DNA of 64,000 nucleotides from Ginglymostoma cirratum (Eukaryota). The translations under genes were made by a program, and so were the position numbers. Positions 62,950 to 64,000 of the stretch are shown here, one piece after another. Numbering within the stretch: position 1 is the first letter of the stretch; every line of letters begins with the position of its first letter. The stretch covers positions 4,783,013 to 4,847,012 of the forward strand of contig JAHRHZ010000217.1 of NCBI GenBank assembly GCA_024137785.1, read 5' to 3'. The notes beneath the pieces were generated by a model. That model made no database searches and was not told the DNA's origin. It worked only from the letters and a program-made list of their open reading frames with translations.

Positions 62950-63416
62950 ATTAAATGATGCTCCCATCATAGAGTTTATTCACTGTGACTATACATTGGG
63001 AATTCAGGTGTAGAAATCAGTGGGTGCAGCAGAAATTACTGTCCCTCCAAAACATATGAGGTCAGGAAATTAAGAAAGGGCACAAAAGACTCAACCAAAA
63101 GCCCAAAATTCATTCTGTCAGGTGACACTCCACACTGAAGGCAGTAATTTATACAATTACCTTCTAAGACATCATGGATTTTACATCTATGTCTTAAAGA
63201 ATTATAACATGGATCATTTATATAGCAACAAACTCAAAATTTATCTTGGATTTAAATTTCAAGTTACTTAAGTTCCATTGCTGGCGACACTTGTACATTT
63301 GGTCATGTTAGAGATATTAGGGAGAGCCAAAAACATTTAACAGACCAAAAGCATCTATATTTCAGGATATAAATGGAAAGTTGGTAACTCTGTAGGTTAG
63401 GGTTGCTCACCTTCTT
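62950..63416 (+). repeat. Probable donor copy of the 467-bp duplication
   Basis: See 58870-59336. Confidence 0.95.
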
Positions 63417-63479
63417 TTTCCTGATTTGAAATCCCATTGAGCAAAACTCCACATTTCAACTAAAAATTGAAAGAACTCT

Positions 63480-63682
63480 CATTGCTGTAAATCAGGAACA
63501 AAAAGAGAAGTTGCCAGAAAAGCTCAGCAGGTTTGACAACATCTGTGAAGAAATGTCAGAGTTAACACTTTGGCTCCTGACCTGAAACATTAACTCAGAC
63601 TTTTTTTCACAGATGCTGCCAGACTTTTCTTCACAGATGCTGCCGGACCTGCTGAACATTTCCAGCAGCTTCTGCTTTTATT
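63480..63682. mobile_element. Palindromic Penelope-like fragment
   Basis: GAGTTAAC..GAAACATTAACTC and inverted CTCAGCAGG / CCTGCTGA arms; same family as 53645-53800. Confidence 0.65.
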
Positions 63683-64000
63683 CCACATTTCAACTGTCAA
63701 CTTCAAAAATATATCCTGAAATGAACAAGAATGCAATAAAGGATTTCCAAATGCTCACATGATGTCAGTGTCACTTAGATTAGGCTGAAGTTCTCTGGTG
63801 TGGAACTGTTCCAAATATTAAGACTGGGGCTCCATCAGTCAAACAACATAATTCATTTAAAGAATGGTAGCTTGTTTTATTTAAATTTTCCAACATCAGT
63901 CAGAACAGATACTTATGTACCTGAACTAATCTGGTGACTCACATTTTTAGCCATTCTTGAAAGATAATTTGGAGGTGTGTAAGTCTGTCAGCTTTTAGAT

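Overview
AT-rich, repeat-dense vertebrate genomic DNA, almost certainly from a cartilaginous fish (HE1-type SINEs, HER1/CR1 LINEs and shark-type Penelope fragments; bamboo shark or a relative is a guess). I find no intact protein-coding gene. Most ORFs in the track are repeat-derived or chance. The main hidden structure is a heavily decayed, intron-containing Diaphanous formin (DIAPH1-like) pseudogene on the minus strand. About 20 exon remnants are recognisable in correct colinear order from ~57.4 kb (GBD/DID) through FH2 to the DAD exon at 11.6 kb and a terminal exon at ~10.8 kb. The DAD exon is unusually well preserved. A second fossil, a ~2.3 kb coiled-coil exon resembling CCDC110, lies antisense inside one of its FH2 introns. 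The rest comprises CR1, L2 and Rex1 LINEs, SINEs, Penelope-like fragments with hammerhead-ribozyme cores (several palindromic), Harbinger, hAT and Gypsy fossils, and a complex templated local duplication (58.4-59.6 kb with 62.95-63.4 kb). All protein comparisons were made by eye against reference sequences recalled from memory, exon numbers are approximate, and all need alignment confirmation.
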